Below are positions 1 to 13,039 of a DNA stretch of 64,000 nucleotides, one piece after another. Location: NCBI GenBank assembly GCA_013239625.1, contig MU053376.1:768833-832832 (forward strand), given 5' to 3'. The position numbers and the translations under genes were made by a program. Source of the stretch: Lama guanicoe. Lineage: Eukaryota. Position 1 is the stretch's first letter. Each line of letters starts with the position of its first letter. The notes beneath the pieces were generated by a model. It was not told where the DNA came from and ran no database searches. It worked only from the letters and a program-made list of their open reading frames with translations.

Positions 1-129
1 CAAAGATAACCATTCTTATCCTTTTTTTGTAATCTGCCCTTTTCACTTAATTTTTCATGTTATAAAAATATTCTACATTATTTCATCATTTGAATAACTG
101 TGATATTTCATTGCTTAAGATGGTAGTAA

Positions 130-450
130 GAATCATCGTATGTGTCAGGCACTGTCATCAATGAATCTTTGTAACTTGAGTTGATACTTTTATTTTTTAA
201 ATTTTTTTGTGGGGGGAGAGGTAATTTATGCTTTGATTAATTTATTTATTTTAATGGAGGTACTGGGGATTGAACCCAGGACCTTGTGTGTGCTAGGCAC
301 ACGCTCTGCCACTGAGCTACCACAAGTTGATACTTTCATTATCCAAATTACACAGATAAGGAGAGAGGGGCACAGAGAGGCACAGAGAAGCTAAGTAACC
401 TACTCAAAGTAACACAGCCAATCAATGGCAGGACTAGAGCCATCATTTCC
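130..450 (-). mobile_element. MIR SINE, interrupted by the young SINE
   Basis: ACAGATAAGG...GCACAGAGAAGCTAAGTAACCTACTCAAAGTAACACAGC matches the MIR core in antisense. Confidence 0.7.
191..324 (-). mobile_element. tRNA-derived camelid-type SINE inserted in a MIR
   Basis: Reverse strand reads GTAGCTCAGTGGCAGAGCGTG...GGTCCTGGGTTCAATCCCCAGTACCTCC (A/B boxes) followed by an A-rich tail. 12-bp TSD AGTTGATACTTT at 179-190 and 325-336. Confidence 0.9.
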
Positions 451-489
451 ACACTCTATAGCCTGTCACGCTGTGGACATGTCATTTCC

Positions 490-720
490 CCTAGTGACGC
501 TGTTCATGGTGTTTCTAATTTTTTCTCATTATAAGCAATATTCTGATGAACCTTTGTGTGACTTACATACTCTTAATTATTCTTGATTATTTACTTAAGA
601 TCTACTCTTGGAATGGAATTTATGGAACAAAGGGCATAAACGTTTTAAAGACTTTGAAGTGTATTTCCAAACTTCCCTCCAGAGGGATGTTATCCGGGTT
701 CACGCGCACCAGCAGGAGAG
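490..720 (-). mobile_element. Old L1 (L1M-type) fragment
   Basis: Degenerate match to antisense L1 ORF2 end (GGAATTTATGGAACAAAGGGCATAAAC...CCAAACTTCCCTCCAGA...CACCAGCAG). Confidence 0.55.
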
Positions 721-3700
721 GAGAGCTGGGCCTTACACTTTAAGGGAAAGCCTGACCCTCGGGTGTTTGACCTTCGTAGGGGAAGCCGGACGGTGCAGAG
801 ACTGGAAATGGTTTCATGAGGGGCAGCTGAAGGAACTGGAGATAATTTGCCTGGAGAAGATTCGGAGTGTTGGAGGGAGGGTGAGGGCACACTCATGGCT
901 GTCATCAAACGTGTGATGGGCTGTCAGGTGGGAGAGGGAAAGGTTTGTCCTGAGGCCCTAGAGCAGAAGTGGACCGGGGGGCTGAAGTTGAAGTTCACGG
1001 AGAGCCATTGTCCTGTGCGGGGCCAGCGCCCTGGCCTTGGATGTGTAGGGTGGGTGTCGAATAAATGTTACGTGACCTGCTGCGGGCCCTGGTTGGGTTC
1101 ACAGGGGGGAGGGCCGGTACCACCTCTGCCGTGCTGTGCTCCCCCACAAAGCATTGCGTCTCTGCATCTTAACTGGGGGGTCCGCTCCCCATTGCACCCT
1201 TGCCTCAGGGAGCCTGGCCCGGCCTGGTACATCTCTCCGTCTACTCCCGCGGAGCCTGAGCAGCACAGCCTGGCTTGTGTCATGGGCCACACAACTCCTC
1301 CATTATGCATGAGGGGACCCAGCGGTGAGCAAGTGGGGTGGGGGCGGGGGGATGAGCGGTTATTAATAAACAAGTGTATTGTGTGGAGTTCCATTCACGG
1401 CCCTCTCAGAGGACGTGGTGGGCTTGAGGTCATAAAGCCCTGTTTATGCCACGCAGGGCTGGGGAGGTGGCAAGTGGGAGGCGGCAAGGAGCAGGGAAGC
1501 CAGGAGTTATTTTGATTCCCCCGAGGGCAGGGCTGCTGTGTTTGCTCTGAGGCCAGCATCCAAGGGGAAGGTCTAGCTGGGATTTTTGCTCAGGCCTCCA
1601 TCTGCCCCCTGGGATGGCCTGGGGTCTAAGAAACGCCTAGTTTTCCATCCCCACCTGTCCCCATGGAGGCAGACTGAGGACGCACTGGATGAACTGGACC
1701 ACGACTCCTTCAGGCCCTGCCCCTTGTCCTCCTGTCCCCCTCCCATTTCTCCTTCCAGGTGAGTCCTTCTGCTTTGCCCTCAAAAATCTCCCAAGTGGCA
1801 TGTTTTAGAATTGCATAGTTTCCTAATGATGCTGGAATTGTGCTTGTGTATAAGGTCTGCGAGAAGCTTCATAGCCAGAGAGTGGGCCAGTGTGGTGTGA
1901 GGATCAGGAACACGAAGCAGGCAGGCTAGAGGGGAGAGAAGCGATTGTGATAAATGAGCTGAAATTTAAGAGAAAGAGAGGCAAGGGCGAGGGTGGGCAG
2001 GGAGCTTTGGCCTGAGGAACAGGGGTGTCTGGGAAAGTGAGATGCTGAAGGGCATTCTGGCAGAGGGAGAGCTGGGGGCCGTGGACCTGATTAGAGAGCC
2101 CATGTTAACTGTGACTCGGCCCTCTCCTCTGTTAGTCTTTCCTGAGCCTCTCCCTCTCTCTTCTCCAGTCCTTTGCTCCCGGATCCACCAGCCCAAAGCA
2201 GCCCTCTCCCTCCAGCTCAGCCTGTCTCAGTCTTGTCATCTCTGGATCTCAGGTCGGGAATGCAGAAGCTGCTGGTTGGAAAGAAGTGAGAACAGCCCAT
2301 TTTGCTGTCAGTGGGCTTCTAGGGATGGAGGGCAGTCCTGGTTCAGGGGAGTCTTGGGCCCCTGTCACTTCATGAGGAACCAGAACAAGGGAGAAGTCAG
2401 CTGCCTGGGTCACCTGGCTCCGTCAGGAGCTGGTGGTGTTCCCGCTGACCTTTGGATGTGGCTCTCGCCAGGAGCTACCTTGAGTTAGGAAACCCTTTCA
2501 TCTAAGAACAGCTCTGTCTAAGAGATGTGTGCTGGTGTGGTTGTCAATTGGGAGGGAAAAGGAAGGAGGTGGTGGGAGGCCTGTCCTGCCCCCTTCATTA
2601 TGCGGGGCTCCCTGTGGCAGGGGTTTGGACCAAGGACCCTACTTAACCTAGGAAGATTTGAGACTGCATTAGGGCCAGAATGGGCTGATACTTGTTTTTT
2701 GAGTCATCACATCTTTGGCTCAAACCAGAAGGGTTAACCTCCCCTAAAGCAGGCAGGGCCTCCCTCTAGGACTCGGAGCGTGCAGGCTGTTCCCATATCC
2801 ATGACACAAAGCAAACAGGGCAGGCTTCCTTGAGCACAGCGCATCCCTGGTGTCGCCTGCCCTGGTCCTGGTCTCAGTGTGGGGGGGTGATGGGAGGCTT
2901 TGCTGAGACTGCAGCTCCTCCTGGGTGCTCCACTCCTGCGGACGCTGTGGTCACTCGCTTCCCTTCCCCTCCCACAGTCTGAAAAAGCTGTGACTATTTT
3001 TAGAAGCATCTGCGCACTCTTGGGAGCACTATTTCTGTGATTTATCTTCTGGGCTGGATCCTCATCTACTTAGCTGGAGAAACAGCTGGACATGGGAAGT
3101 GGGGGCATGTGTGTGGTCAATCCAACGGGAGTCAGACCGGCTGGGCATCCTCCACCAAGCTTTTCGGGGGGGCTCCTACTGGTTGTGTTTATGGTTGTCA
3201 GTTGCTGTGGGAGGTTCCTGGAAGGTCCAGGAACAGAAACAAGGGGCTTCCTCATGGAGGCAGGCAGGCTGAGTCACGCTGTGAACACTCGCTCTCTGAG
3301 GCTGCCGTGCTCATGGTTTACCGGGAGGAACCGGCAAGGTGGTCTCCCCCAGTGATGGGAACACCAGCAACAGTCGTAACAGGGGCGACCATTCATTGAG
3401 AGCTTCCTCCAGGATCGGCACTGCTGGAGTCTGGACATCTGTCGTCTCCTATAACCCTCCCCACACCCTGCGCTGTCCTCTCTCCAGCCCAGCTGTTTCT
3501 CCAGCTCTCGCACCCTCTCTAAGTAGAAGAGCATCCAACCTGTGCTGTGCTTTGCTGGGATCCAGAGGAGCAAAGCATGTTGCCCAGCATCACACCGTCC
3601 GCCCTGGCTCCAGAACCTGCTCTCTCGAGCCCTTGTGCTGCGCTGCCTCCCAGTAGGAGGCAACAGTGTGTGTTCTTTTGGTGACCACAAGGCTTGCGGT

Positions 3701-4469
3701 CAGATGCAAGGAAATTCCCTGACAGTGAGAGGGGGCTGTGTAGAGTGTTCTTCCTTAGAGATCTTTGAGAAACATCTAGTTCTTCAGGAGAGGGAGGAGG
3801 CCTTCCTGTAGGCCAGACTCTGGATTGATGGGCACTCGAGGGTTTTCTTTCCTGGGCTTTTGACAGCTCTATTTTCCGGACCCCTGATCAGCATGGCCTG
3901 TTCCTGAAAGACGCCAGACTGTGTGCCTTCTGGGCAGCTTCTGGGCTCCTGGGCGCAACAAGTGCCCGCCTGGGATGTGGGATGTGGGAAAGGCTGGGAA
4001 GGCTGGAGAATTCCCCAGGCCTCGAGAGGAAGCCCTACAAGGGGCAGCTGCTCCTGGGAGCTCGGGAGCAGCCTGCGGGTTAATGGACTTCCAGGCAGTT
4101 GTGCCTTGTTCACTTAGAAAACAGGACTTAGCTTTGCCAGGGCCCCTGTTCCCGGACCTTTCCGCCCAGGATACAAGCACCTGTTCATGTGTATTTAGGG
4201 ATGGCTGCTGGGGCTGCTCCAAGCTGAGGCGGCATAGGGGTCAGAGTGGAGAGCCCCTTGGTAAGATCAGTGAGCCATCTGGGCGGGAACGGGGGCTTCT
4301 TTTGGCAACCAGCTGCAGGGCTGTTTATGTGGCTTCTCCCCCTCTGTCACCCTGATCTGTGCCATGGGGCAGCCTCAGCAGGGTAGGGGATGCTGTCTCC
4401 TCCCCTGATTTGCTGCAGTGAGGAGGGGGTGTAGCATCCTGGAGGCAGCGTGATGGAGGGGTCAGACAC

Positions 4470-4626
4470 ATGGGTGGTGGCGCCAGACTGTCTGGGGTCC
4501 AGTCCTGGTTCTGCCCCTGGCTGGGTGACCTCCTGGCTTCCTTGTCTGTCAAGTGTGGTATTAATAGCACCTGCCTCTTGGCCTTTGTGAAGATAAATGA
4601 ATTAATCCATGAAATCCTTTAGCACA
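4470..4626 (+). mobile_element. MIR SINE
   Basis: GCCAGACTGTCTGGGGTCCAGTCCTGGTTCTGCC...TAATAGCACCTGCCTC...GAAGATAAATGAATTAATCCATG resembles MIR. Confidence 0.7.
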
Positions 4627-5240
4627 GGAGGAAGGAGGAGTAGGGTCCCTCTTTCCAGGACCATGTGGCCACTTTGGTCTCGCTCTCTCACCCAGGGCCC
4701 GGTTATCTTATGCTGGGCCAGGCCGTCAGGGGGGAGCGGTCCTCACCAGGCGCTGGTGGTTCTGTCCCCTGCTGCTCACCTGGGCTCCGGTGAAATAGCC
4801 CAGCAATCCCCTGGCTGCTTCCTGCCGCCACCCCTTTTAGCTCTGGGAGCCAATGCTGGTTGGACACGCAAGGTCCAGGTCTCCTGCTCCCCTGGCTGCC
4901 TTTGGCCCCATTTAATTCGGGTCTCGGAGGTGAAAGCTCTCTTCTGGTTTATGCCAGGTTTCTGACTTTACCGGTCTTCCTCACAGCTCAGCTGTCCCCA
5001 GCAGTCTGGGGGCCTGGGAATCGAATCATGACTGCTTTCCATCCCCTTTCTGCCCTGTGACGGGCTCTCCGGGGCCCTGCCTTCAGTTCCTGCACTTCCA
5101 ACCCACCATCCTGCACCCACCTCCCTTCCTCCGCCTTTCTGGCTCCTGGTCCTAATGCCATCTGCCCCAAATCATGTCCTTTCTCTGCCAGCACCCTTCT
5201 CCCCACCTCTGTCTTGTCCCTGGTCTGAACCTCACCAAGT

Positions 5241-6482
5241 TTATTATTTTTATTTTTATTGAAGTATAGTTGATTTATAATGTTGTATTAGTTTCTGGTA
5301 CATAGCATAGTGGTCTGTTTATATATATTTTTTCTTATTTTTTTTCCTTACTGTAATCCACTGAATATAGTCCCCTGTGCTATGTAGCAGGACTTTGTTG
5401 TTTATCTGTTCTCTACGTTAGTAGTTTGTATCTGCTAATCCTAAACTCCCAATTTATCCCTCTCTTCTCCTTTCCCCACCTGGTAACCATAAGATTGTTT
5501 TCTGTGTCTGTGAGTCTGTTTCTGTTTTGTATATAAGTTCATTTGTATAATTTTTTTAGATTCCACATGTAAGTGATATCACACGATATGTGTCTTTCTC
5601 TGTCTGACTTACTTCACTTAGTGTGATAATCTCTAGGTTCATCCATGTTGCTGCAAATAGCTTTATTTCATTCTTTTTTATGTCTGAGTAGTATTCCATT
5701 GTATATATATATACCGTACCTTCTTTATCCAATCGCTTATTGATGGACATTTAGGTTGATTCCATGACTTGGCTATTATAAATAGTGCTGCTATGAACAT
5801 TGGGGTGCAGGTATCTTTTCAAATTGGAATTTTCTCTGGATATATACCCAGGAGTTGAATTGCTGGATCATAGGGTAAGTCTATTTTCAGTTTTTTAAGG
5901 AATCTCCCTACTGTTCTCCATAATGGCTGCACCAAACTACATTCCCACCAGCAGTGTAGGAGGGGTCCCTTTTCTCCACAGCCTCTCCAGCATTTATTGT
6001 TTGTGACCTTTTGAATGATGGCCATTTGACTGGTATGAGGTGATACCGCACGTAGTTTTGATTTACACTTCTCTGATCATTAACGATATTGAGCATTTTT
6101 TTATGTGCCTATTGGCCATACGTATATCTCACTGAAGAAATGTTTATTTAGGTCTTCTGCCCATTTTTTCAGTTGGGTTGTTTGGGTTTTTTTTTGTTAT
6201 TGAGTTGTATGAGATGTTTATATATTCTGGAAGTTAAGCCCTTGTCAGTCACGTCGTTTGCAAATATTTTCTCCCATTCTGAAGGTTGTCTTTTCATTTT
6301 GTTTATAGTTTCCTTTGCTGTGCAAAAGCTTGTAAGTTTAATTAGGTCCCATTTGTTTATTTTGCTTTTATTTCTATTGCCTGGGTAGACTGCCCTAGGA
6401 GAACATTGGAACGATTTATGTCGGAGAATGTTTTGCCTGTATTCTCTTCTAGGAGATTGATGGTGTCCTGTCTCATGTTTAA
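5241..6482 (-). mobile_element. Young 5'-truncated L1 (ORF2 C-terminus plus 3' UTR)
   Basis: Minus-strand ORFs give the L1 ORF2 Cys-rich region ([28 protein letters not shown], 5819-6025), YTMEYYSDIKKNEI...ATWMNLEIITLSEVSQ (5556-5750) and [17 protein letters not shown]. Frameshifted. T-rich tail near 5241-5260. Confidence 0.95.
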
Positions 6483-6769
6483 CCTCTTCCCATTTATACT
6501 TCTCAGGGACTCACGTACACTTTGCACGCCTAAAGCAGACATCTGTTGACATTTAAAAGTACTTAAAGGCGCACATTTTTGTTTCCGTATAAACACAGCA
6601 AACTCTCTGGTGGGAAACTTAAAGGAGGCCCCTGTGATGTAGTCAGCTCGCATTTATAATCCCTTTTGAAAAGGAAAGGTAGCTTTCCACTTTGCTCTGA
6701 ACTGAGCAGGGTCAGGGTGAGGGACGTGGGGGGAGGAGGCTGGTGTAACGCTTTCCAGCTGCTCCCAGT

Positions 6770-6960
6770 CACTGCCCTGTGCTTTTGCTATATATCCTCA
6801 TTCAGTTCTTTCAATAACCTGAGGAGGCAGATACCACAATCCCCATTTTATAGATGGAGAAACAGAGAGGTTAAGTGACTTGCCTACGGTCACACAGTGA
6901 TTAAGCGAGAGAGTCAGGATTTGAGTGTCTATTTGTTTCTCCTAGAATCATGCAGCCTCT
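6770..6960 (-). mobile_element. MIR SINE
   Basis: ATCCCCATTTTATAGATGGAGAAACAGAGAGGTTAAGTGACTTGCCTACGGTCACACAG is the MIR core. Confidence 0.85.
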
Positions 6961-7802
6961 AAAGAAGGTGGGTTGGATGGGGATGTTAATGTAAACATCT
7001 GAATTTTGGTTACCCTGGAGCTGAATTTCTGATTCTGAGCAAATCCAGGCATTCTGTTTATGTCCCTTTCTCCTAACTCTCCATCTCTTGGCTGTGGACC
7101 TCTCTGCAGGGAGGAGGGGAGACCCCAGCCTCCCACTACTCTGTCGGCCTGCAGAGTAGACCAGGAGGGTGGGGACACTGCTGAAGCTGTCAGCTTCCCA
7201 GAAGCCACACATGCCTGAGAAGTGACTATATTTTCCCAGAGAAAGAGAAAAGAAAAACGAATCTGGAAGTGCCTGAATGATACAGTATTAGAAAGTTCAA
7301 GTGCTTCTTCTCCCTAAAAACAGGCTATGAAGGCACGTTCTGCAAACTTCTTGCAGATTGTCCAGGAGGCCTGAGTGCTGGGAGCCTGCTCAGTTCACAG
7401 GAGTAACTGCTCCCAGTCTCCAGCCCCTCGCTCCCCTGCGGGGGGTCTTTGTAAGGGAAGCTGTAAGTGACATGGTAATGGGCCTCGCGCATGCACCTGC
7501 CGAGAGCCAATGGTAACAACCAAGACAGGATGTTATTAACTAGTTCTGAGGGAACATTTGGAATTCTTACTTCCATCAGCCCGAGGAGAGGTCTGATGGG
7601 GTCTTTGTCTGCCTGACTCTGAAATTCTGGGGTTGGTGGGGAGACGTGGAGGAAGGAGGGGTCTGCAGGCTTCTTAGACTCAGCATAGAATTGCCCAGTA
7701 AATACTCAGTCATTTGGGATGTATTGTCTTCCTTCCTGAGCCTGTAAGATTTGCCTCCTAAATTACTACTAAAGCGTGTGGCTCTTACCCGAGCTCTTAG
7801 GG

Positions 7803-8060
7803 TTTTTTTTTTAACTTTTAAAATAAATTGTATTGAGGTATAATTTACATTCAATAAAATGTACTCATTTTAAAGGTGTAGTCTGATGAGTTTTGACAAA
7901 TATACACACCCATGCTACCCCCACTCCTATCAGGATGTAGAGTATTTCATCACCTCTAAAAATTCCCTTATTTCACGGGCAGTCAGTCTCCCCAGGGACC
8001 TGGCCCCAGGCAACCTCTGAGGGGTTTCTGTCATCGCAGACTGGCCTTGCCTGCTCTGGA
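7803..8060 (-). mobile_element. Old L1M 3' end
   Basis: TTGTATTGAGGTATAATTTACATTCAATAAAATGTACTCATTTTAAAGGTGTAGTCTGATGAGTTTTGACAAAT is a typical antisense L1M 3' UTR. Confidence 0.8.
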
Positions 8061-9049
8061 TACCTGTTTGTACATAGCTGGTCTCTTTGTGCCACTTTCA
8101 GGGTTTGATAAGCCTCAGGGGAGAATAAGAGTTATTTGAGTCACACCTGGGTCCCACCCCTGCCAGGAGATTTCCCAGGTCCCTGCACCCTCTCCAGCCT
8201 TCTTCCCTGAGCCCCTCAGCCGACTCCCACCCTCGTTTGTGGACACAGTATACATTGGCTGAAGGACCCTCCCCTTCTTCTGCTTGAGTCTGGGAGAGGC
8301 GATTTCAGGGAATTCTGGCCTCTGGCTGAGGAACTCAAGATGTGGGGGATTCCATTCTTAGCCGGGAAGTGGATGTGGGATCCGGGAGGGAAGGCCTGCG
8401 GTGTAGGGGTGGGGAGGCAGCCAGGGATGTCCTCTCTCCTCTGCAGGTTTTGCCTTCCCAGTTGCGGTCATTCTTTGTATTGAAGGGAGTGTGAAAGCTG
8501 CAGGGAACATTCATCCTGGAGTGCCAGGGTCCTTTTGAGCGGATTGAGGGGCAGGGAGGCAGAGGAAGCAGTCTTTGGAGGGCAGTTTCTGCAACAGGTG
8601 CTGGAGGGAACCGGCCAGCTCCTTACACCTTGGTCAGGTCCAACCCAAGGGGTCTGACACTGAGGTGTGTGTCCTGCCCACCCAGCAAGGAGGTATCAGA
8701 GGACAGGCAGCAGGGAGCTTGGCTTGTTGGCCACTCTGTGGGACTGTCCCACACCACACTCTTGGGCGTGTGCTCAGGTCTGCAGCTCACCCTCTCCCTG
8801 GGCAGGTGGGAAGGCCAGCAGAAGGGACTGCTTCTTACACAGCAGTAGCGATCCCAGGTGGCAGCCTGCTGGAGAAGGACACATTGCTAAAGATTTGCTA
8901 CAGTTTTTCTCACTTTTCTGGGACCCAGTTGACCCATGTTACAAGAGGGCCTATTTTAAGGGTATTTTAAGATTGCTTTTAGTCCTTGGGGAAAAACCCA
9001 AACCAGAATGTTGTCATTATAGTATTTTTTTTCTTTTTCTTTTATCATC

Positions 9050-9548
9050 ATCATTATTATTATTACTTCATTGTGGTAAAATAGGCACAATGTCAGATTT
9101 ACCATTTTAACCATTTTTAAGTGTACAGTTCAGGGGCATTAAGTACATTCACATTGTGGTGCAATCATCATCACCATCCATCTCCAGAACTTTCCATCCT
9201 CCCCAACTGAAACTCTGTATCCATTAAACACTAGCTCCCCCAGCCTCTGGTCACTGCCATTCTACTTTCTGTCTGTCTGAATTTGGCTACTCTAGGGACC
9301 TCCTGTAACTGAAGTCAGTATGTGTGTGTGTCTGGCTTGTTTCATTTAGCATAATGTCTTTTAGGGTCATCCATGTTTTGGCAAGTATCAGAATTACATT
9401 CCTTTTAAAAACTGAATAATATTTCATTGTATAAATAGACCACATTTTGTTTATTCATCTGTCAGTGGTTATCTGGGTTGTTTCTACAGTTTGGCTCTCA
9501 TGAATAATGCTGCTGTTGCGAATGTTTGTGTACAGATGTCTGTTTGGT
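9050..9548 (-). mobile_element. Old L1 (L1MB-like) 3' end
   Basis: TTTACCATTTTAACCATTTTTAAGTGTACAGTTCAGGGGCATTAAGTACATTCACATTG...CCATCCATCTCCAGAACTTT. Confidence 0.85.
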
Positions 9549-9889
9549 CATCATGGTATTTAAAAGTTCAGCAGTGCCTCCTAGCAACAACTCTTGCTTA
9601 AACCTGCTGCTGACCAAGGGCTGGGAGTCAGATGCATTTCTCCTCCCCAGTCTGCCACCCTGTCCCTTCATACTTAATGCCTATAGCAAATGATGTGTTT
9701 CAGATACTTCAGTCATGGATGAATATTGGGAACTCAGGTTTCCCAGGCAATGGAGTTGACTTCCTTTTTCTAGAAGCTTTCTTTTTAGTGTGTCTTACTT
9801 ACTTTTGACCACTAGCTCTCTTCTGGAGTTTTGAGTCCATTAAGCTTCTTAATAGAATATTTTTGTTTCATTAAGGAAGGAAAAGAAAC

Positions 9890-10060
9890 TAAATTTTATC
9901 AGGCGTCTACTAATGGCTAGGTACTGTTCAAGGTGCACACTTCACTTCCTTTGCCTCCCTGGGCGGCCCTGTGAGGCTGGGACAAAGCCTGAGTTTTAAG
10001 GACAAGGAAGCAGAGGAGAGGCTCAGAGAGGTTAAGCTACTTGCCCAAGCTCACAGAGGC
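9890..10060 (-). mobile_element. MIR SINE
   Basis: GAGGCTCAGAGAGGTTAAGCTACTTGCCCAAGCTCACA. Confidence 0.75.
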
Positions 10061-10929
10061 CAATTTCCATACACCACCTCTAAATACCACCTTGATCCTT
10101 CAAATGCAAACGAGCCAGAGAAATTTCCTGGCTCTTTTCTTTCACAGTAGAAATCCAGGCCTGGAGTTCCCCTGTGATTTGAAAAGGGGGACCCTTTGGG
10201 CTTTGTTGCCCTAGTTCTGTAAAATACAGGATTATTAATCAAGGTTTTGTTTGTTTTTCCAAATATACGAGAGTAGAGAGACGAGGATCCTGAATCCTCA
10301 TGTCCCCATCACCCAGCTTCCACAAGTTGGACACTTGGCCAATCTTGTTTCATCGGTCCAGGTTCTTGTTTTTTATCTGTGGGGTCCCCCCAAGTGGAGT
10401 GGCAGCAGCTGGTGTTTTCTGGAGGAGGGAAGAGGAAAGGGCATTCTGGGCATCGTGAAACTAAATCACTTCCCAGCTGGAAGAGTGTTAATTGCCACCG
10501 GTTGGAATCCCCTCTGATGGTTCATTATTCGCTTGGCTACAGAACACCGTCCAGGAGGCAGGGGGAGGGGGACACATCTTTTGAGAGGCCTGGCAAGACC
10601 TGGCGGGTGGCATGCAGAGAGGCTTCCCTTTCTTAGAGCTTCTTCCTCCTGCTGGGTGATTTTATTGGAATTTTTCTAAGTGGGAGGAGAGAAGGTTATG
10701 TGGGGATAGCCGTCCCCTGAGGGGAACAGCCAAGGCAGTCTTAGGATGGAGCAGGGGCCATAGGCTGGGAAACCAGCCTATGGGCTCTTCAACTAGACTT
10801 ATTTAACAAACATTTGAATTTGAATTTTTAAAAATATCTGCCACATGCCAGGCACTGAGCTAAATGCTGAGAATCCAACTATGAAATGTTGGTTATCTGC
10901 TCTTGAAAAATTTGTGGTCCCCAAAAATA

Positions 10930-11050
10930 ACAGCTAATAGCAACTAACATTTGTGTGTGCCAGACACTTGATGTACATTATCTGATTATGAGTACAGAAA
11001 ACCTGTAAGATGGGTACAAGAATGCCTACTTTATAAAGAAAACTGACGCT
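10930..11050 (-). mobile_element. MIR SINE fragment
   Basis: CTAACATTTGTGTGTGCCAGACACT...AACCTGTAAGATGGGTAC...GAAAACTGACGCTCA. Confidence 0.6.
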
Positions 11051-13039
11051 CACTGCATCCCACGCAGCGAGCCAGGTGCTGGAGCAGATTATGCCGCGCT
11101 GCCCCGTCTGAGCAGGATGTGGAGCGTAGGGAGGGGAGATCACAGGGTGGGAGAAGGTAGGGGGGACAGGGGACCGTCTCAGGCTGCAGGAATGTGCTTA
11201 TAGAAAACCCTTCCAGATGTGCTTTCTCATGGGATTGGGACAGCCAAATGGTACATTTTTCCTCTCCACTTTACAGAGGATCGTGGGATTTATTTTTGTT
11301 TTGAAGACAGAGCAGTTCCTTGGGAGGAGGGGAAGAGTGAGGACTGGACCTTGAGAAAGTTCTCCCCTGAGGCAGCAGGAAGGGATGGAGAGAAGAGAAG
11401 GAGCTAGGTTTGCTCTGTTTTTATTTAAAGGAAGACAGCATCTTGCAAGGGAGGGGAGGTGGAAATGAGAGGAGTCATTTTAGGTATAAGGAAGGTGCAG
11501 TTTCTGATCTGGTTCAGCGTGGTCCAGGTATCAAATGGCTTGGGGTTCTTGATGCGGGGGACGGGTCCCCAGTTGCAGGAGCAGCCACCGCCCTCCAGGG
11601 GTGAAGCTGACTTGGTATGCCCAGTTTCCCAGTTTCTCTTGCATGGAGGCCTGCTTTGTGCGTTTGGACATATTTTTTAGGGTCAGATCAGCTGCTATCT
11701 CTGTAACAGGGAACAGTAAATGATTTATTTTAAAGGAAAACCTGTGACTGTCTTTTCTACTCATCCCAGGAGGCCCCTCATCCCTGCCCACGTTTTAACC
11801 GTAACCCATCGGATAAGGTAAATGTAGAAGGCTCTGCCTGTCTGACCAAAAAGGGATGTGAAACTTTGAAATGAGAGTCCCAGGCTGGGATCTCCTTTAA
11901 GTAACAGGGAGAAAAGGAAAGTATTTATTAGCATTTATTACCATTTTAATTTTTTTCTATTTTAATTTTTAATGCTTTTTTTTTTTTTTTGGTCATGAGA
12001 CGGGGTGAGGTGCCACCTGGCTCAGTGGCGGGTGGATGGGGCCTCCCAAGTTTCTTCCAGCTGTGTGATTTGTTTTTTTTCTAGTTGTCCCCACCCTGAG
12101 TTCCAAGGTAATATAAGAGTGAGATTTTGTGCAGGATCAGCTTCAACTGGAGAACATCCCATCTTCAAGTCAGCGTACAGTCTCCATTTGCACCTTGTAG
12201 ACAGAGGGAAGAAACGGATGAGAGCGGGTGAGGACACCTCTTTCAGGAGTTGAGGGCTTTCCAAACCCACAGGAGAAAAGCGTGTCTCCTCTCAACACAG
12301 CGGCCAGAGTGATGCTGCCTGCCCTCCCTTCAGGGACTGCAACTCACAGATGCCGGTTGCTATGGATACGGACAGCTGAGGCTCCCCTGGGGCAGTGGTG
12401 GTGGCGGTGAGGCCTCCAGGCTGTTTGTTGCAGTGATACAGGGCCTGGTGTCAGTGTGTTCCCCAGGATGGTACCTCAGCATGGTGGGCAGGGACTGACC
12501 TTGGACCAGCTCAGGGGACCCCAGGTGGCCCAGCCTTGGCGGAGGGTGGGGGGAGGTGGGGGAGTGGGGCGTGTGCACCTGAGATAAGCCACATCTGTGG
12601 GGAGCCGCTGCTCTTTAGGTGGCAGGTGGGGGGCAGTTCAGGGTAGGAGGCCTGTTCGTTGGTGACAGATGCTCCGGTCCTTCCTCCTTTCTTCTGACTT
12701 TGGAACCTGGCAGAGCTGGTTCAATACAAACAGCTGCCCAGCCTGAGTGCCTCTGGATGGGAGACATGGCCCAGCGAAGCTTTGCTGTGAGTGGACCCTT
12801 CCTGGAGGCTGCAGGGAGGTATCAGGAAGAAGGGGAGACGTGGTTTGTGTCATCAGGGAACTCCCGGTTTGAGAAGGGAAACAGCTCCTGCGCTCAGGGG
12901 ACTCTCAGTCTGATGGGGACAACCAGAGGCACGGGTTAGAGGACAAAGACAGAGAAGGGAAGAGCCAGTGACCTCCCTTCACACTTCCATGAAGTCAGAT
13001 TCCCCCCCACGGTGTACACAGCACCCTATGTGGGCTCCT

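Noticed and set aside
254..324. tRNA-like sequences with A/B boxes (also about 25230-25300, 49570-49640 and 54370-54440)
   Set aside because: They have A-rich tails and, in three cases, TSDs, and they diverge from one another. These are SINEs, not tRNA genes.
847..1515. Longest ORF (222 aa, plus strand)
   Set aside because: Gly/Pro/Cys-rich text expected from GC-rich noncoding DNA. The start codon is TTG, not ATG, and there is no recognisable domain or exon structure.
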